Below are positions 21,082 through 31,412 of a stretch of 64,000 nucleotides of DNA, one piece after another. The first letter of the stretch is position 1. Every line of letters begins with the position of its first letter. The notes beneath the pieces were generated by a model. The model ran no database searches and had not been told where the DNA came from. It worked only from the letters and a program-made list of their open reading frames with translations. Origin of the DNA: a virus (Duplodnaviria > Caudoviricetes); the IMG/VR virus record IMGVR_UViG_3300020048_000120, positions 4,883 through 68,882 of that record. The stretch is one strand, 5' to 3'. The position numbers and the translations under genes were made by a program.

Positions 21082-21456
21082 TTATTCCGTTTTAACGTCT
21101 CGTAGCTCCATGTTCTCTACATTTAATACACCATTTTCATCTAGAGAAAAACTACTCATATCTAAAGTAGCATCAATAATAACTCGCTCATCTAAAATAT
21201 GACCAGGTAGCTCATTAACACGAGCAAAGTTAAGTTCCATTGTATCTGAAGTAAAATTAAGTTCCTTTGTTTCTGAAGGTTGTTGTTCATTTTCAAAAAC
21301 CTTAATGAGTTTATCAACTAAATATTCTGTTTCCTCTTCTGGTGTTTGATTTGACTCTTGTGATTCCATACTAACACCATTTTGATTAATAACAGACAAA
21401 ATATCAGCCAAGCTTGCGCCAGGCTTGTTAGCATCTGTAGCTGAGGTATTTTCCAT
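21082..21456 (-). CDS. Acidic hypothetical protein
   Basis: 124 aa ORF co-oriented in the operon. Confidence 0.55.
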   Translation of the reverse strand: MENTSATDANKPGASLADILSVINQNGVSMESQESNQTPEEETEYLVDKLIKVFENEQQPSETKELNFTSDTMELNFARVNELPGHILDERVIIDATLDMSSFSLDENGVLNVENMELRDVKTE

Positions 21457-21483
21457 GATTGTAGTTCCTTTAACTTTAAAAAA

Positions 21484-22896
21484 TTATGTAGCTGATAACC
21501 AATTACCCATACTAATAATAACTGGTTTAGGTATTGCTATATTATTAGTTACACCATGTATATCTCCTAATTGCAATATATTGAATTTAGGTGCTAGACC
21601 AGCCCATTTAGCATCCATAAAATTATCTAATCCAATTGAAACATTTACAGCATCTCCATCGAAATCGGCATTAGGAGCTTTTACGATTAAAATACTGATA
21701 GAAATCGTATGGTCCTTTGGATCAGTTTTAAAACGAGTTATTTTAACTCTTTGTGCAGATCCTTGTAACAAACTTGGGTTTCTTTGTAGTATACAAAATA
21801 AACCATTAGAAGAACTTTCTGATATAAGCTCCTTTAACAATGTATCTAATAATGGATGATACTTTTCAACATGCCCTAATAATAGACCAATCGCTGAATT
21901 TATATCCATACCTAATTTCAAAAGTTTATTAAGAAGATGAGGCCTAAATGCTGATATTCCTATTCCCCAAGGAACATATATTTCATCATGGTTATGTTCA
22001 TCAGTTATAGAAGAAATAACCGCTCTAAATGAAAAGTTAGTACGAGTTCCAAATATATGCTTCCTAAATTGACCTGGTTTAGGAGATAAATTTGTTTTAT
22101 AATAATTTTCATAGAACTCAGCAAGTTTATAAATAGCCTTAGCTGTTCTATTTTCTTTTACTCGTAAACTTTGATCGTGGAAATTTCTATCTATTGATAC
22201 TAGCATCTCAATAGCATCAACAGCATCCAAGATAATTGGATCTACATATATACCAACGTTAGTCTTTTCAACTATTAATAAAGACTTATTTGGTAAAGGT
22301 ATGTAGTCTGAGAAAATATGATCTCTATTATTCTCTATCAAAGATCTTAAATAATCTATCTTACCAGTTTTCAAAGAAAATGCTTTTAAAGAAAACAAAT
22401 ACTCCATTATAGTATCAAAGTTTTCTACAAAGTTATTGTAACCTCTTTGCATACCTGATTCTATTATCTTGTTAACAACAACTGGTTGTTTAGTTGTAGT
22501 TCGATATGAAGTATCAGTTAACCAATGTATAACATTAAAACCAGTTTTTGTAAATCTAGTTTTAAGCATAAGCCAAATAATTGGACTTATGAGTTTAGAT
22601 ACGCCTACTGGCTTTCTAAACCAAATAGTTGGTTCAATGTTAGTTTCCACTGTAGACTTCACTATGGAGTTACAATATTCACATTTAACTCCAACAGAAA
22701 ACTCCCCTTTAGTAACACCACAACGACACGATGGCAGTAACGCTATCATGTCACCAGTATACCTTGTTGTTATTAATTCTTTTATTTTCTCTTTATCTTC
22801 TTCAGAATTATTACTTAAATCATTTATCACTATAGGCGGTTCCGATAGCGAATGAAATAACTCATTAAAATTAATTAACTTCTGAAAGACTGGCAT
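21484..22896 (-). CDS. Non-virion RNAP beta'-like N-terminal/catalytic subunit (phiKZ gp55-like)
   Basis: Zn finger CRCG...CEYC, FRAVIS, QRNPSL and the catalytic NADFDGD motif, all in one uninterrupted ORF. Confidence 0.93.
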   Translation of the reverse strand: MPVFQKLINFNELFHSLSEPPIVINDLSNNSEEDKEKIKELITTRYTGDMIALLPSCRCGVTKGEFSVGVKCEYCNSIVKSTVETNIEPTIWFRKPVGVSKLISPIIWLMLKTRFTKTGFNVIHWLTDTSYRTTTKQPVVVNKIIESGMQRGYNNFVENFDTIMEYLFSLKAFSLKTGKIDYLRSLIENNRDHIFSDYIPLPNKSLLIVEKTNVGIYVDPIILDAVDAIEMLVSIDRNFHDQSLRVKENRTAKAIYKLAEFYENYYKTNLSPKPGQFRKHIFGTRTNFSFRAVISSITDEHNHDEIYVPWGIGISAFRPHLLNKLLKLGMDINSAIGLLLGHVEKYHPLLDTLLKELISESSSNGLFCILQRNPSLLQGSAQRVKITRFKTDPKDHTISISILIVKAPNADFDGDAVNVSIGLDNFMDAKWAGLAPKFNILQLGDIHGVTNNIAIPKPVIISMGNWLSAT

Positions 22897-22898
22897 AA

Positions 22899-23282
22899 TT
22901 ACTCCTCGAAACGATCAATCATTCGTTGTACTATTTCATTTGACACATCATGTACGTTTTTATAAACACCATTAGCCACTATTATGGTAACATTATAACC
23001 GTACTTTTTAGCCAAAATTAAATAGTCCTCATATTCCCACTTTCTAGTGAACGTATTGCTAATTACTATATCGTGATTCTGTGACATAATAATACTAGCA
23101 AACTTTTTACACCAGGCGTGAGCATCACGGACTTTATTAGAGTCAAATGCATAGTTGGAATCAGCTGTTAAAAAATACATATCAGCTTCAACATGCACGT
23201 ACCCTTTCTCTAGCGCGTAATTATTAGCTAGTGTCGATTTACCAGAACCTGGTATACCTCTTATGATAAGTAATTCTTTCAC
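22899..23282 (-). CDS. P-loop kinase/ATPase (AAA_33, polynucleotide-kinase-like)
   Basis: IIRGIPGSGKST Walker A, HVEADMYF, SNTFT and HDV motifs. Confidence 0.8.
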   Translation of the reverse strand: MKELLIIRGIPGSGKSTLANNYALEKGYVHVEADMYFLTADSNYAFDSNKVRDAHAWCKKFASIIMSQNHDIVISNTFTRKWEYEDYLILAKKYGYNVTIIVANGVYKNVHDVSNEIVQRMIDRFEE

Positions 23283-23327
23283 ATTGCCCTCCTAGAGCTT
23301 TAAAGAAAAATGGTGATTAATATCATA

Positions 23328-23358
23328 TAAAGTATATATTGCTGTAAAGTATTAGAAA
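23328..23358 (-). promoter_or_regulatory. Bipartite phage promoter TTTCTAA-N14-ATATACTTTA
   Basis: One of about 15 leftward copies, all upstream of minus-strand units. Confidence 0.75.
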
Positions 23359-23406
23359 AAAAAAACATTCGATAACTTGAATGTTTTTTCTACTAAAGTC
23401 TTAAAA

Positions 23407-24012
23407 TCACGGAGCTTTCGGCGGAGGATCTACACCTTCACTTGTCTCTGAAGGTGGAGGCGGAGGTGGTGATCGTAATTCAGTCGACATACTTTCTTCA
23501 AACAAAAACGGATTAAAGTTTGTTTGCCGTTGTTGCTCTTGATACTGCTGCTTGTGGTTCATGGACTGTGTGTACTGTGGCGGATATTGCGGAGCCATCT
23601 GTTGAGGATACTGTGGTTGCGGTTGTTGATGATATTGTGGTTGAGGCTGTTGAGGATACTGTACCGGTTGGAAATAAGCCGGCATAGGAATTTGTTGAGG
23701 GTATTGAGGATATTGCGGGTATTGAGGCTGTTGAGGTTGAGGGCGCTTAGGGCGACGAGTACCACTACCTTTATAAGAAGTAGGATCATTATAAATATGC
23801 TTTTCTAATAGATTCTTGATAGACTCATCAAGAATTTCTGTCTTAGAAGCTAGGCTTATTTGCTCTGAACTAATTCTTGAAAGTTTTTCTATAAACTCTC
23901 TATAAAGACTTAAAGAAAAAGCATTAAGATCTTGTATTTTTTTAGAGATCGCATCACGCTCTTCTACAAATACCTTTATCATTAGTGCTTCTTCTGAAAT
24001 ACTTACCGTCAT
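23407..24012 (-). CDS. Q/P/Y-rich low-complexity protein directly downstream of chimallin
   Basis: Likely start MTVSISEE at 24012 (AAGGA SD); coiled N-terminus, then QQPQYPQYPQQ repeats and a poly-P tail. Confidence 0.65.
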   Translation of the reverse strand: MTVSISEEALMIKVFVEERDAISKKIQDLNAFSLSLYREFIEKLSRISSEQISLASKTEILDESIKNLLEKHIYNDPTSYKGSGTRRPKRPQPQQPQYPQYPQYPQQIPMPAYFQPVQYPQQPQPQYHQQPQPQYPQQMAPQYPPQYTQSMNHKQQYQEQQRQTNFNPFLFEESMSTELRSPPPPPPSETSEGVDPPPKAP

Positions 24013-24081
24013 TTTAATTTCCTTTTTATTAATAAAAAAATATATCACACCAACTTTGCAGTTGGTGTGATATTATTAAAT

Positions 24082-25950
24082 TTACCAGCGGAATGACTGA
24101 CCGCTATGATTTCCAGCAAAGTTCTGCTGATAACCATAGACACCACCATTTTGGAAAGACTGCGATGGCGTTAATAATGCGGCACTAGCAAATGATGCAA
24201 CACCTCGCATGTTGCTAATATCGCTACCAGATAGCGGAGTGTTAACCCTAATAGGTAGTCCAGAATCTCGGATACCTTGTGAAAGTGCTTCCATGAAAGT
24301 AGAACTAAAGGTTACTCGTTCAGCGAATCCAGTGAAGTTAGCTGTTTCGTTTGTTAACGCAACTATCATTTTCTTACGAACTGCTAACCGCAATGCCTGC
24401 GGGTATTGAGCCCGTAGAAATGTATCTGACCATTCACGAATTGCCACAGGATTTCGTTCACCAACTATATTACAAACAGCCAGGTAGTCAATGTCACGGA
24501 TATCACGTTTAATACCTGAACGATCTGTCCAGGTTCCGAGGTGAATCCGATTACCTGGATCAGCAAACATAGGAGAACCCATGCTAAAATGACGACTAAA
24601 TACGCCATTCGTTAACTGGTCAGCTGCTGCATAAATAGAACTATATGCAGATTGTGAACCATTTGCAGCCGACGCAAAAATCGATGTGTACCATGTCTGC
24701 GGTCCATACTCAGGACAATCAAGACTAACTATTAACCTTGCCTGAATCAGCGCTGAAACTAATTGCCCTAGGTCCTCAAGTTTAAAACTGTCGGCCTTGG
24801 TGTCGATACGAGTACCGACACCTGTTGGTTCATTGGCTATATTGGCTTCAATATTTAAAGCACCAATATCGTTAATGTCAATCTCACCACCCTGACCGAT
24901 TGTAGGCCTGAATGTTTGAATCCAATTGGAGTTATCATTTAACGATAATGAAGTCGCTAATGCCAGCAATACTGATCCAATAGTATAACTAAAATTAGAC
25001 TCCAAATTGGTGATCACAAGCCGTGCCACATACTTCTGTGTGGGCGCGTATTGCTGTGGCGCGTATGGGTTAAAACCATTCATAGGCGATATTGGATTCC
25101 AAAGTAAATCAACGAAAGCAGAAGCTTCAGCGACTTTTACATCTTTGTCTCCTGCGTTCAATGAGGTATACTTTCCTTGTCCAGCATTATTTTTTTTCGA
25201 TTCAAATTGTAGCAATATATCGCTACGCATTGGTGCCCCAACAGCATCTTGGATCTGTTGTCTATTAAAACCAACGTTAATAGACATAGTGCTATCATGA
25301 GCCGCCATAGCCAAATTTACATCATGGAAGCCCGGAGTGCGTGCTTCTAATTCAGTCCCACACGCTAATCCAGCGTTCAATGCTAGACGGTGAACTGCGT
25401 ATTTATCGTCAGGGTTAAATGACGATGGTACAACAGTGCCGTCCACTGTAAACCATGGCCCAACTGGGAATGCTTTTCTAACTCTGTCCGTTGCTTTACG
25501 AATTAGATCGTTATCCAAAGCATCTGAAGTTACTCTCATAACTTCTACCTGCTGGTTGGCTATATTATCAATTACCGGTGTAACTTTCTCTCCAGTAGCC
25601 TCAATTAAGATAATGTGATAAGCTACCCCAACATCAGGGGCGGCTTTCTGACGTAGAGCCACTATAATACAGCTGAATGCCAGTGACGGCTCAACAGTCG
25701 TATCCATGTCGATAAGCGCAATTTCTACGCCATCATTGGCTTGTTTATAAACTTCTAACAATGAAGTTTTCAATTTGTTATACACCTCCGAGCCTAGCCC
25801 CTTTGGGATAGGTGCAGCCATCAGGCCGGTGTTGTGAAATGACCATGTACTGGCTTGTTGCGGCCTTTGTTGATTCACCGTTTGATTAGCTTGACCTTGG
25901 TTGGCCTGAGCTTGGTTGTAATTCTGACTTCCTTTATTTACAATAGCCAT
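24082..25950 (-). CDS. chmA: Chimallin, major phage-nucleus shell protein (phiKZ gp54-like)
   Basis: 622 aa with segments matching recalled chimallin sequence (DAVGAPMRSDI, DIGALN, RIDTKA..F....GQL, LGTW....KRDIRDIDYLA, FTGFAERVTF...F.EAL); upstream of the gp55-like gene. Confidence 0.92.
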   Translation of the reverse strand: MAIVNKGSQNYNQAQANQGQANQTVNQQRPQQASTWSFHNTGLMAAPIPKGLGSEVYNKLKTSLLEVYKQANDGVEIALIDMDTTVEPSLAFSCIIVALRQKAAPDVGVAYHIILIEATGEKVTPVIDNIANQQVEVMRVTSDALDNDLIRKATDRVRKAFPVGPWFTVDGTVVPSSFNPDDKYAVHRLALNAGLACGTELEARTPGFHDVNLAMAAHDSTMSINVGFNRQQIQDAVGAPMRSDILLQFESKKNNAGQGKYTSLNAGDKDVKVAEASAFVDLLWNPISPMNGFNPYAPQQYAPTQKYVARLVITNLESNFSYTIGSVLLALATSLSLNDNSNWIQTFRPTIGQGGEIDINDIGALNIEANIANEPTGVGTRIDTKADSFKLEDLGQLVSALIQARLIVSLDCPEYGPQTWYTSIFASAANGSQSAYSSIYAAADQLTNGVFSRHFSMGSPMFADPGNRIHLGTWTDRSGIKRDIRDIDYLAVCNIVGERNPVAIREWSDTFLRAQYPQALRLAVRKKMIVALTNETANFTGFAERVTFSSTFMEALSQGIRDSGLPIRVNTPLSGSDISNMRGVASFASAALLTPSQSFQNGGVYGYQQNFAGNHSGQSFRW

Positions 25951-26033
25951 TTTACCACTCCTAAAAATTACAATAAAAAATTACACTAGTTGTTTAGCTA
26001 AAACACCAGTAGCCCACTGGAAGGTACATCACA

Positions 26034-26064
26034 TAAAGTATATGTGGTTAATTGTTGGTAGAAA
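26034..26064 (-). promoter_or_regulatory. Bipartite promoter driving chmA
   Basis: TTTCTAC-N14-ATATACTTTA on the minus strand. Confidence 0.7.
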
Positions 26065-26310
26065 CGGTTTTTTTATTTTATTTCAGTAGATGAAATAAAG
26101 TATCCTCCTAACTTACTTACCTGACAATAAGTCAAGTAAGGATTAGAGAAGTTCTTTCCCATCATATATACATAATAATTATTTTTTTCACAGATTTTAT
26201 AAATTAAAAATACTGTCAATAATTATCTAATAAATGTTAGGTAAATAGTATGACTGTTACATCCAAAGTTACACCTACGAATTTCTTAATAAACCTAACG
26301 TAAAGAAATT

Positions 26311-27408
26311 ATGTATTCAATATTCAGTACTATAGACACAGATAATTCAGCTATATCAATACCTTCCGAATATAATCAAATACGCGATACTTATCAAAAT
26401 GAAGTAAACTCGATTATTAACTACTATAATAATAGAGTCTTTTCTGTTAAAAGTAATCATGTATTGTGCAAGCTATTAAATCTATCAACTCCTTCTATTA
26501 CTTACACTATAGAACGATATATGCAAATAGCTGATACTCGCTCACCTTATATTGGGAAGATATTTAATTTTACAAGTGAAATAAATGTTGGCAAATTTCA
26601 TAAAGGAATCTTTTACGGACCAGATGTAGAAGAAATAATTTATTCAACATCAGAGTATATTAATCCATTTGAACTTATACCAAATTGGAAAAAAATAGAA
26701 GCAGTTAAAGTACTATACCATCCGTTCAGTAATATGAACTTATTATTACCTAATGGATTTAAACATAGTACTGAAAAGGGAACAGCATTTATAGGTATTA
26801 ATATAGAGTTATTATTATTACAGTATAGATGTTTTATGATAGAACAAAATAATAAATTAGCTAATCAAGCTGGTAATGATGTTAGTATATTAAGTCATAG
26901 ACATTTTGTTCATATGTATGTTTTACCTAATATGATAAAAAGTCATATAGATATGGTTTTGTTAAATAGGTTAATGAATATTTTTTATGGTGCTCCTATG
27001 GGGGGCGATATTAAAAAACATCCATTTCATATTTCAGACTATAGTAATAAACTAGACAATGTATTAGAACTAGTTATAAAGAGATTAAAAAATAATAGTA
27101 GGCCATATCAACATCTATTAAAAAATATACCAAGTGTATTTAATAAAAATATGCAAGTTAGTTTAGTAATGCCTGATATGGCACAGACTAGACAAGTTTG
27201 GTGGAGTTTAGTTTTAAGTAGAATAAAGATAATGAAATTCTTAATAGATATAGGCGGTGTAGCTGGTATACGAAACAATAGAATGCATATCAATAAACTA
27301 CAAGTAACTATTAAACATTTAATAGAAGAAAATGTCATAGAAGCTATGTTACCAACTGATCTTTATTTTGACACTATTGAAACATTAAAGGATATATTAA
27401 AAATATGA
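26311..27408 (+). CDS. Conserved phiKZ-like protein (probably virion-associated)
   Basis: 365 aa, divergent from chmA as in phiKZ-like phages; no catalytic motif recognised. Confidence 0.55.
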   Translation: MYSIFSTIDTDNSAISIPSEYNQIRDTYQNEVNSIINYYNNRVFSVKSNHVLCKLLNLSTPSITYTIERYMQIADTRSPYIGKIFNFTSEINVGKFHKGIFYGPDVEEIIYSTSEYINPFELIPNWKKIEAVKVLYHPFSNMNLLLPNGFKHSTEKGTAFIGINIELLLLQYRCFMIEQNNKLANQAGNDVSILSHRHFVHMYVLPNMIKSHIDMVLLNRLMNIFYGAPMGGDIKKHPFHISDYSNKLDNVLELVIKRLKNNSRPYQHLLKNIPSVFNKNMQVSLVMPDMAQTRQVWWSLVLSRIKIMKFLIDIGGVAGIRNNRMHINKLQVTIKHLIEENVIEAMLPTDLYFDTIETLKDILKI

Positions 27409-28217
27409 GTATACTTACTAAAGCATTAGATAATATTAAGTTCACTATACCTATAGAAGTGCTTAATATAGCATTTAGAGATACACTACAAAACTGGAGA
27501 CAAGCACCTGTTAGTTTAGATGATTTAATAATGACTAAAATTATTAAACCTAGGGTACTTGTCGATACTAATTTAGTTGGTGGAGTAACTGTTCTAGTTT
27601 CATTAGAAGGTGTACAACCCAGATTTGTTGATAATTATGCTGTCTTATATGAAGTACCGGCAGAAAAAATAATGTATAGAGAGATTATATCTGTTCTATC
27701 TGTTAGTTATCTACCAGTAAGTGGGACATACGGTACATTAGGTAATAGTATAGGTAATGTATTAACTACTAATGATGTTAGCTCAGCTGCACAGAGAGTA
27801 AGTAACTCATTTGCTAATATACCTGTTACATCTACAGCAACTGTAGATTTAGTTGGATATAATACTATTCTTATTAGAGACCAACAAAGAGTAACTAGTA
27901 ATTATCAATTAAGATGTGTATTGGCTAATGAAGAAAATCTTAATAATATAAATCCTAGATCATATTTAGCATTTGCAAAACTATGTGAATTAGCTGTTAA
28001 AGCTTATATATACAATACTTTAATTATATCTATAGATAAAGCTTATTTAGTAGGTGGTCAAGAATTAGGTGCCATTAAAAATTATGTGGATAATTTAAGT
28101 GACTCTAATGAAATGTATAATACTTATTTAAGAGAAGTATGGCAGGCTACTGCTTTTATGAATCAAACTCAAGCTTATAGTAGATTTATAAAAGTACAAA
28201 TAAGTCCAGGTATTTAA
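27405..28217 (+). CDS. Conserved phiKZ-like protein (probably virion-associated)
   Basis: Translationally coupled to the previous gene; I.KAL..IKF.IP.EVL..AF N-terminus recalled from phiKZ-like structural proteins. Confidence 0.55.
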   Translation: MSILTKALDNIKFTIPIEVLNIAFRDTLQNWRQAPVSLDDLIMTKIIKPRVLVDTNLVGGVTVLVSLEGVQPRFVDNYAVLYEVPAEKIMYREIISVLSVSYLPVSGTYGTLGNSIGNVLTTNDVSSAAQRVSNSFANIPVTSTATVDLVGYNTILIRDQQRVTSNYQLRCVLANEENLNNINPRSYLAFAKLCELAVKAYIYNTLIISIDKAYLVGGQELGAIKNYVDNLSDSNEMYNTYLREVWQATAFMNQTQAYSRFIKVQISPGI

Positions 28218-28235
28218 TTAAAAGAAAAAAAAAAT

Positions 28236-28268
28236 ATCGCACACTAGCTTATTAGGCTAGTGTGCGAT
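28236..28268. terminator. Terminator hairpin between convergent genes, conserved-loop family
   Basis: ATCGCACACTAGC-TTATTAG-GCTAGTGTGCGAT with an A-tract on the left. Confidence 0.8.
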
Positions 28269-28275
28269 TTTGATC

Positions 28276-28707
28276 TTACTTCCAATTCCATTGATCAGCT
28301 GGAACCAACAACTGAACTCTTTCATTAGTAGAAAGATCTACCCAAATAACTAGCGTACCATCTCTTAGTTCCCTAGCCCTCACATCTGGAATTTCAGAGA
28401 TGATTACGCCACGCTTTTCCACATCTTGGCAAGCCTTTACAACTTCCACTTGCCACTGAAAGTATGCTTGATCTGACAGCGTCACATCATCGAGTCGGTC
28501 CTCAGTCGACTCTTTAAGACGCTTAATAATAGCAGATCTTAATGTTTTCTTATCTGGGTAATAACCCAATAAGTCTCCAATGAACGGACATCGTCCATCG
28601 AGATTAAAAACATTTTTCAAGATCAAACCGTTATCTTTCAAAAATACCACACGCGCTGTCACCGCGTGCGAAACGTTGTGCCTTATTTTCAGGTTAACTT
28701 CAGACAT
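28276..28707 (-). CDS. Hypothetical protein in GC-rich island
   Basis: Likely start MSEVNL at 28707, 2 bp after the previous stop. Confidence 0.6.
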   Translation of the reverse strand: MSEVNLKIRHNVSHAVTARVVFLKDNGLILKNVFNLDGRCPFIGDLLGYYPDKKTLRSAIIKRLKESTEDRLDDVTLSDQAYFQWQVEVVKACQDVEKRGVIISEIPDVRARELRDGTLVIWVDLSTNERVQLLVPADQWNWK

Positions 28708-28709
28708 GA

Positions 28710-30767
28710 TTACACCCACTCGGCGATGTTCTGCCCACATGTGGGACATATCTCACAGTCTGGATTTACTTCTGCGTCACAATGTTCACAGAAGACACCC
28801 GAACCTTCCATTAAGGCGTTGGTAGCAACAGCCGGAACTTCAGCCGCTGCTTGTTTGACCGCTTCCCGCATGGAAGCTCTAACTGCCTTTCCCGAAACAT
28901 TATTCTCGCTCTTGACTAAGAGCTTGACTTTATGTGCGTCGGTATATGACAAATTAAAGCTGCATTTGGGTGCCATCTTTGTGGAGCCGTCGGCACCATA
29001 CATCGCCACTTCTTGCGTGACGCCATAATTGGTATCCCCGATATAGACTTTCTCTACACCTAAGACACCAACCACAGCTTTCGCAGCCATGTGGTTCAGC
29101 TTGGCGACTATACTACTGTGTGCTGAGTGTGACTCTATTGAGTCTAGCACAATAGCTGTGCCTTTCTCAGAGCGCCAGACAAACGTGGCACCCACAATAG
29201 TGGACCCTTTAAACACGGCCCACAGCCCAGCGTCGCCCTCTTGCCAGGTCTGTCTGGCACACGATGCCGCTGCACCATATAGATGCATACAGCAATTAAC
29301 CAAACGTCCGGCGATTGGTGCCAATGTATCACCAGAGTCTAACTGGCGAATAGAGTAATCGCCCAACTCTATACCGTCTTTTCCACCTGGAGCAGGTGTA
29401 CCGATGAAGCTCTTTGGTTGAGTTGCAAACAGTTGAGCATATAACTCATACTCGTAATCCGGCAGGTCATGTTCTGCCTGAAAACCTGCTAACCTAACCC
29501 TTGAAGGACAACTTTCAAGTGCCGCCATAAAATCAGCTTTAGTTTCAGGGACACCATTGTTTACCATTTCTATTTCAGCAAACATCGCTGAGTATTTAAT
29601 GGTGGTCGGTGCTCTTAATACTAACTCACCCCATTTGGGGCTTATAGTATTAGACCCCAATATGAATTGACCGGCATCGTGAATGTTTCTGTGTTGGCTT
29701 ACAAACTTATTTAACGCCGTTGTATTGGCACCAAATAAACGGGTTAAGTTAATACACGCCAATATGTTGGCATCATTCTCCCAGTCTAGCTTTTTTACTA
29801 AACCGGTTAATGTTGCCAGCTTTAAAGTCAGCGGGTCAATCTCCAGTACACCAACTGGGTAATTTTGCCGCTTCATTGAATAACTAAAGAATGACGGTAC
29901 TGTTTTCACCCACCTCCTTTGGTTTCTAATAGCTTCCGGCATAAAGCCTTCAGCTACCCGAGTGCCACGCTGCGCTACCTTGACTGCTCCCCAGTCAAGG
30001 TCTCTAATGCGTATTGTGCCGGTGGTTGACTCGGCCACCAGATTTACGGAGGCCCAACGTAAATTGGCTGACAGTCTCCCAATTGATGCTATAGCCTTAC
30101 GGCTATAACGGTCATTGAAGAGTTGGTGCTTCTGCAACCAAGCATATCCTTTCAGATAATTCTTGGTCCACTCGGGCGCGTCACCTTTCCTGACGCTGTT
30201 ATAATTATTCATTTTTGAAACTGAATTGTGATTTCTCACTAGTACGAAGAACTTCTCACTGGGCTTACACCCAGACAGAAACCAATACTTCTTGACATCA
30301 TGGGGACTCAGTCCGTAGTGGCCCTCTGAGTCCCAACCCCCGTTTAGGGTCTCTACTCTCGCCGATGTTAACTTCTTTTCCCCCCAAAGGCCGTTACGGC
30401 CCTTTAAGGCCTTCTCGGCCCATACAAAGGCCATGGGGTCGATATCGACCCCGTTGTTCTCTGTTAATGGATAAAGAGCCGGCCAATAGACCAACCCTAT
30501 TTTTTTGGCCCATCTTTTTAGATAGGCCTTTTTCAAAGCTTTCTTTATATTCTCCCTCGGGACTCCGACCCAAACCCTGGCCTCAACATCATAATACACC
30601 TCCCCATATGCACCGGCTGCTCTAACCGCCTGCTGCTTCTCCATAAAACTTTCGCCGCCTATCCTGTAGGCGGCCTTCAGTATTCTCAATGATTTTTGAA
30701 CTGGCAGAACCAGTTCATCCATTTCATATTTAGTGATTTCGTTCATATTGCGAATGTTTTTGTCCAT
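28710..30767 (-). CDS. 685 aa early-type protein with C-terminal acetyltransferase/PcfJ-like region and Zn ribbon
   Basis: GRLVNCCMHLYG.A.SC, ATFVWR and IVLDSIES motifs; CEHC-x8-CPTC at the C-terminus; own promoter and structured leader. Confidence 0.55.
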   Translation of the reverse strand: MDKNIRNMNEITKYEMDELVLPVQKSLRILKAAYRIGGESFMEKQQAVRAAGAYGEVYYDVEARVWVGVPRENIKKALKKAYLKRWAKKIGLVYWPALYPLTENNGVDIDPMAFVWAEKALKGRNGLWGEKKLTSARVETLNGGWDSEGHYGLSPHDVKKYWFLSGCKPSEKFFVLVRNHNSVSKMNNYNSVRKGDAPEWTKNYLKGYAWLQKHQLFNDRYSRKAIASIGRLSANLRWASVNLVAESTTGTIRIRDLDWGAVKVAQRGTRVAEGFMPEAIRNQRRWVKTVPSFFSYSMKRQNYPVGVLEIDPLTLKLATLTGLVKKLDWENDANILACINLTRLFGANTTALNKFVSQHRNIHDAGQFILGSNTISPKWGELVLRAPTTIKYSAMFAEIEMVNNGVPETKADFMAALESCPSRVRLAGFQAEHDLPDYEYELYAQLFATQPKSFIGTPAPGGKDGIELGDYSIRQLDSGDTLAPIAGRLVNCCMHLYGAAASCARQTWQEGDAGLWAVFKGSTIVGATFVWRSEKGTAIVLDSIESHSAHSSIVAKLNHMAAKAVVGVLGVEKVYIGDTNYGVTQEVAMYGADGSTKMAPKCSFNLSYTDAHKVKLLVKSENNVSGKAVRASMREAVKQAAAEVPAVATNALMEGSGVFCEHCDAEVNPDCEICPTCGQNIAEWV

Positions 30768-30878
30768 GCTATTTCTCCATACCTCCGATGGAACCCCGAG
30801 GAGCAGGTATACGGCTAACGTTAGCCTAATGCAAAGACTGCACTATATAAAGTATATATGACTGAGATTTTTTAAAAA
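30768..30878 (-). promoter_or_regulatory. Promoter plus structured 5' leader, family B copy 1
   Basis: ATATACTTTA at 30848-30857; hairpins GGCTAA/TTAGCC and ATACCT/AGGTAT; GGAG SD. Confidence 0.7.
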
Positions 30879-30938
30879 ATTAAAAGAAGAATAAAAAAAA
30901 ATATCACCAACCAAGCTTGCTAGGCTTGGTTGGAATTG

Positions 30939-31412
30939 TTAGTCTGGTTCTTCCAGACCGGATGACAGTAGAGTTTCGTACCACTTTAACCTGTGGTCCG
31001 AGGTTTTATGGGAAATTACTTTTACTCGCCCATCCCGCTGCCATTTGAGCAGCATTGCGGCTAATGGTTCTATGAACTCTGACGTTTCCGCCCCGTTATA
31101 GCCCCATATGCCACCTCTGCGGCCGACCCATGACGCTGTTAGAGTTTTGGAGGTTGATACCTCCAACGTCAGTTTCCCCCCGTAGGGGGTATGCCATGAA
31201 ACATCACGACCTTCTAAACCAGTAATTAGGTCACCAAGAAATTTCTCAGCCCCACCAAAGTGGTCAAAGACGCGTTTTCTAAAATCAAGTGCCGGGACCT
31301 GCTCATGAAATTTATTATTCTTTATTTCCTCCTCGGCCCATTTCACTACCAGGTTTTTAACTTCTACTACTTCGTTGTTTTTCAGGTTTTTAACTTCTAC
31401 TGTGAATTCCAT
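30939..31412 (-). CDS. Hypothetical protein in GC-rich island
   Basis: Likely start MEFTVEVK at 31412 (GGAG SD); the track's longer start lies inside the leader. Confidence 0.6.
   Translation of the reverse strand: MEFTVEVKNLKNNEVVEVKNLVVKWAEEEIKNNKFHEQVPALDFRKRVFDHFGGAEKFLGDLITGLEGRDVSWHTPYGGKLTLEVSTSKTLTASWVGRRGGIWGYNGAETSEFIEPLAAMLLKWQRDGRVKVISHKTSDHRLKWYETLLSSGLEEPD

Noticed and set aside
21425-25618. Plus-strand ORFs opposite the beta'-like gene, the Q-rich gene and chmA
   Set aside because: Antisense to well-supported genes, with no motifs or SD.
28580-30625. Several overlapping small ORFs in the GC-rich island
   Set aside because: Higher GC lengthens chance ORFs; they are shadows of the 685-aa and 143-aa genes.
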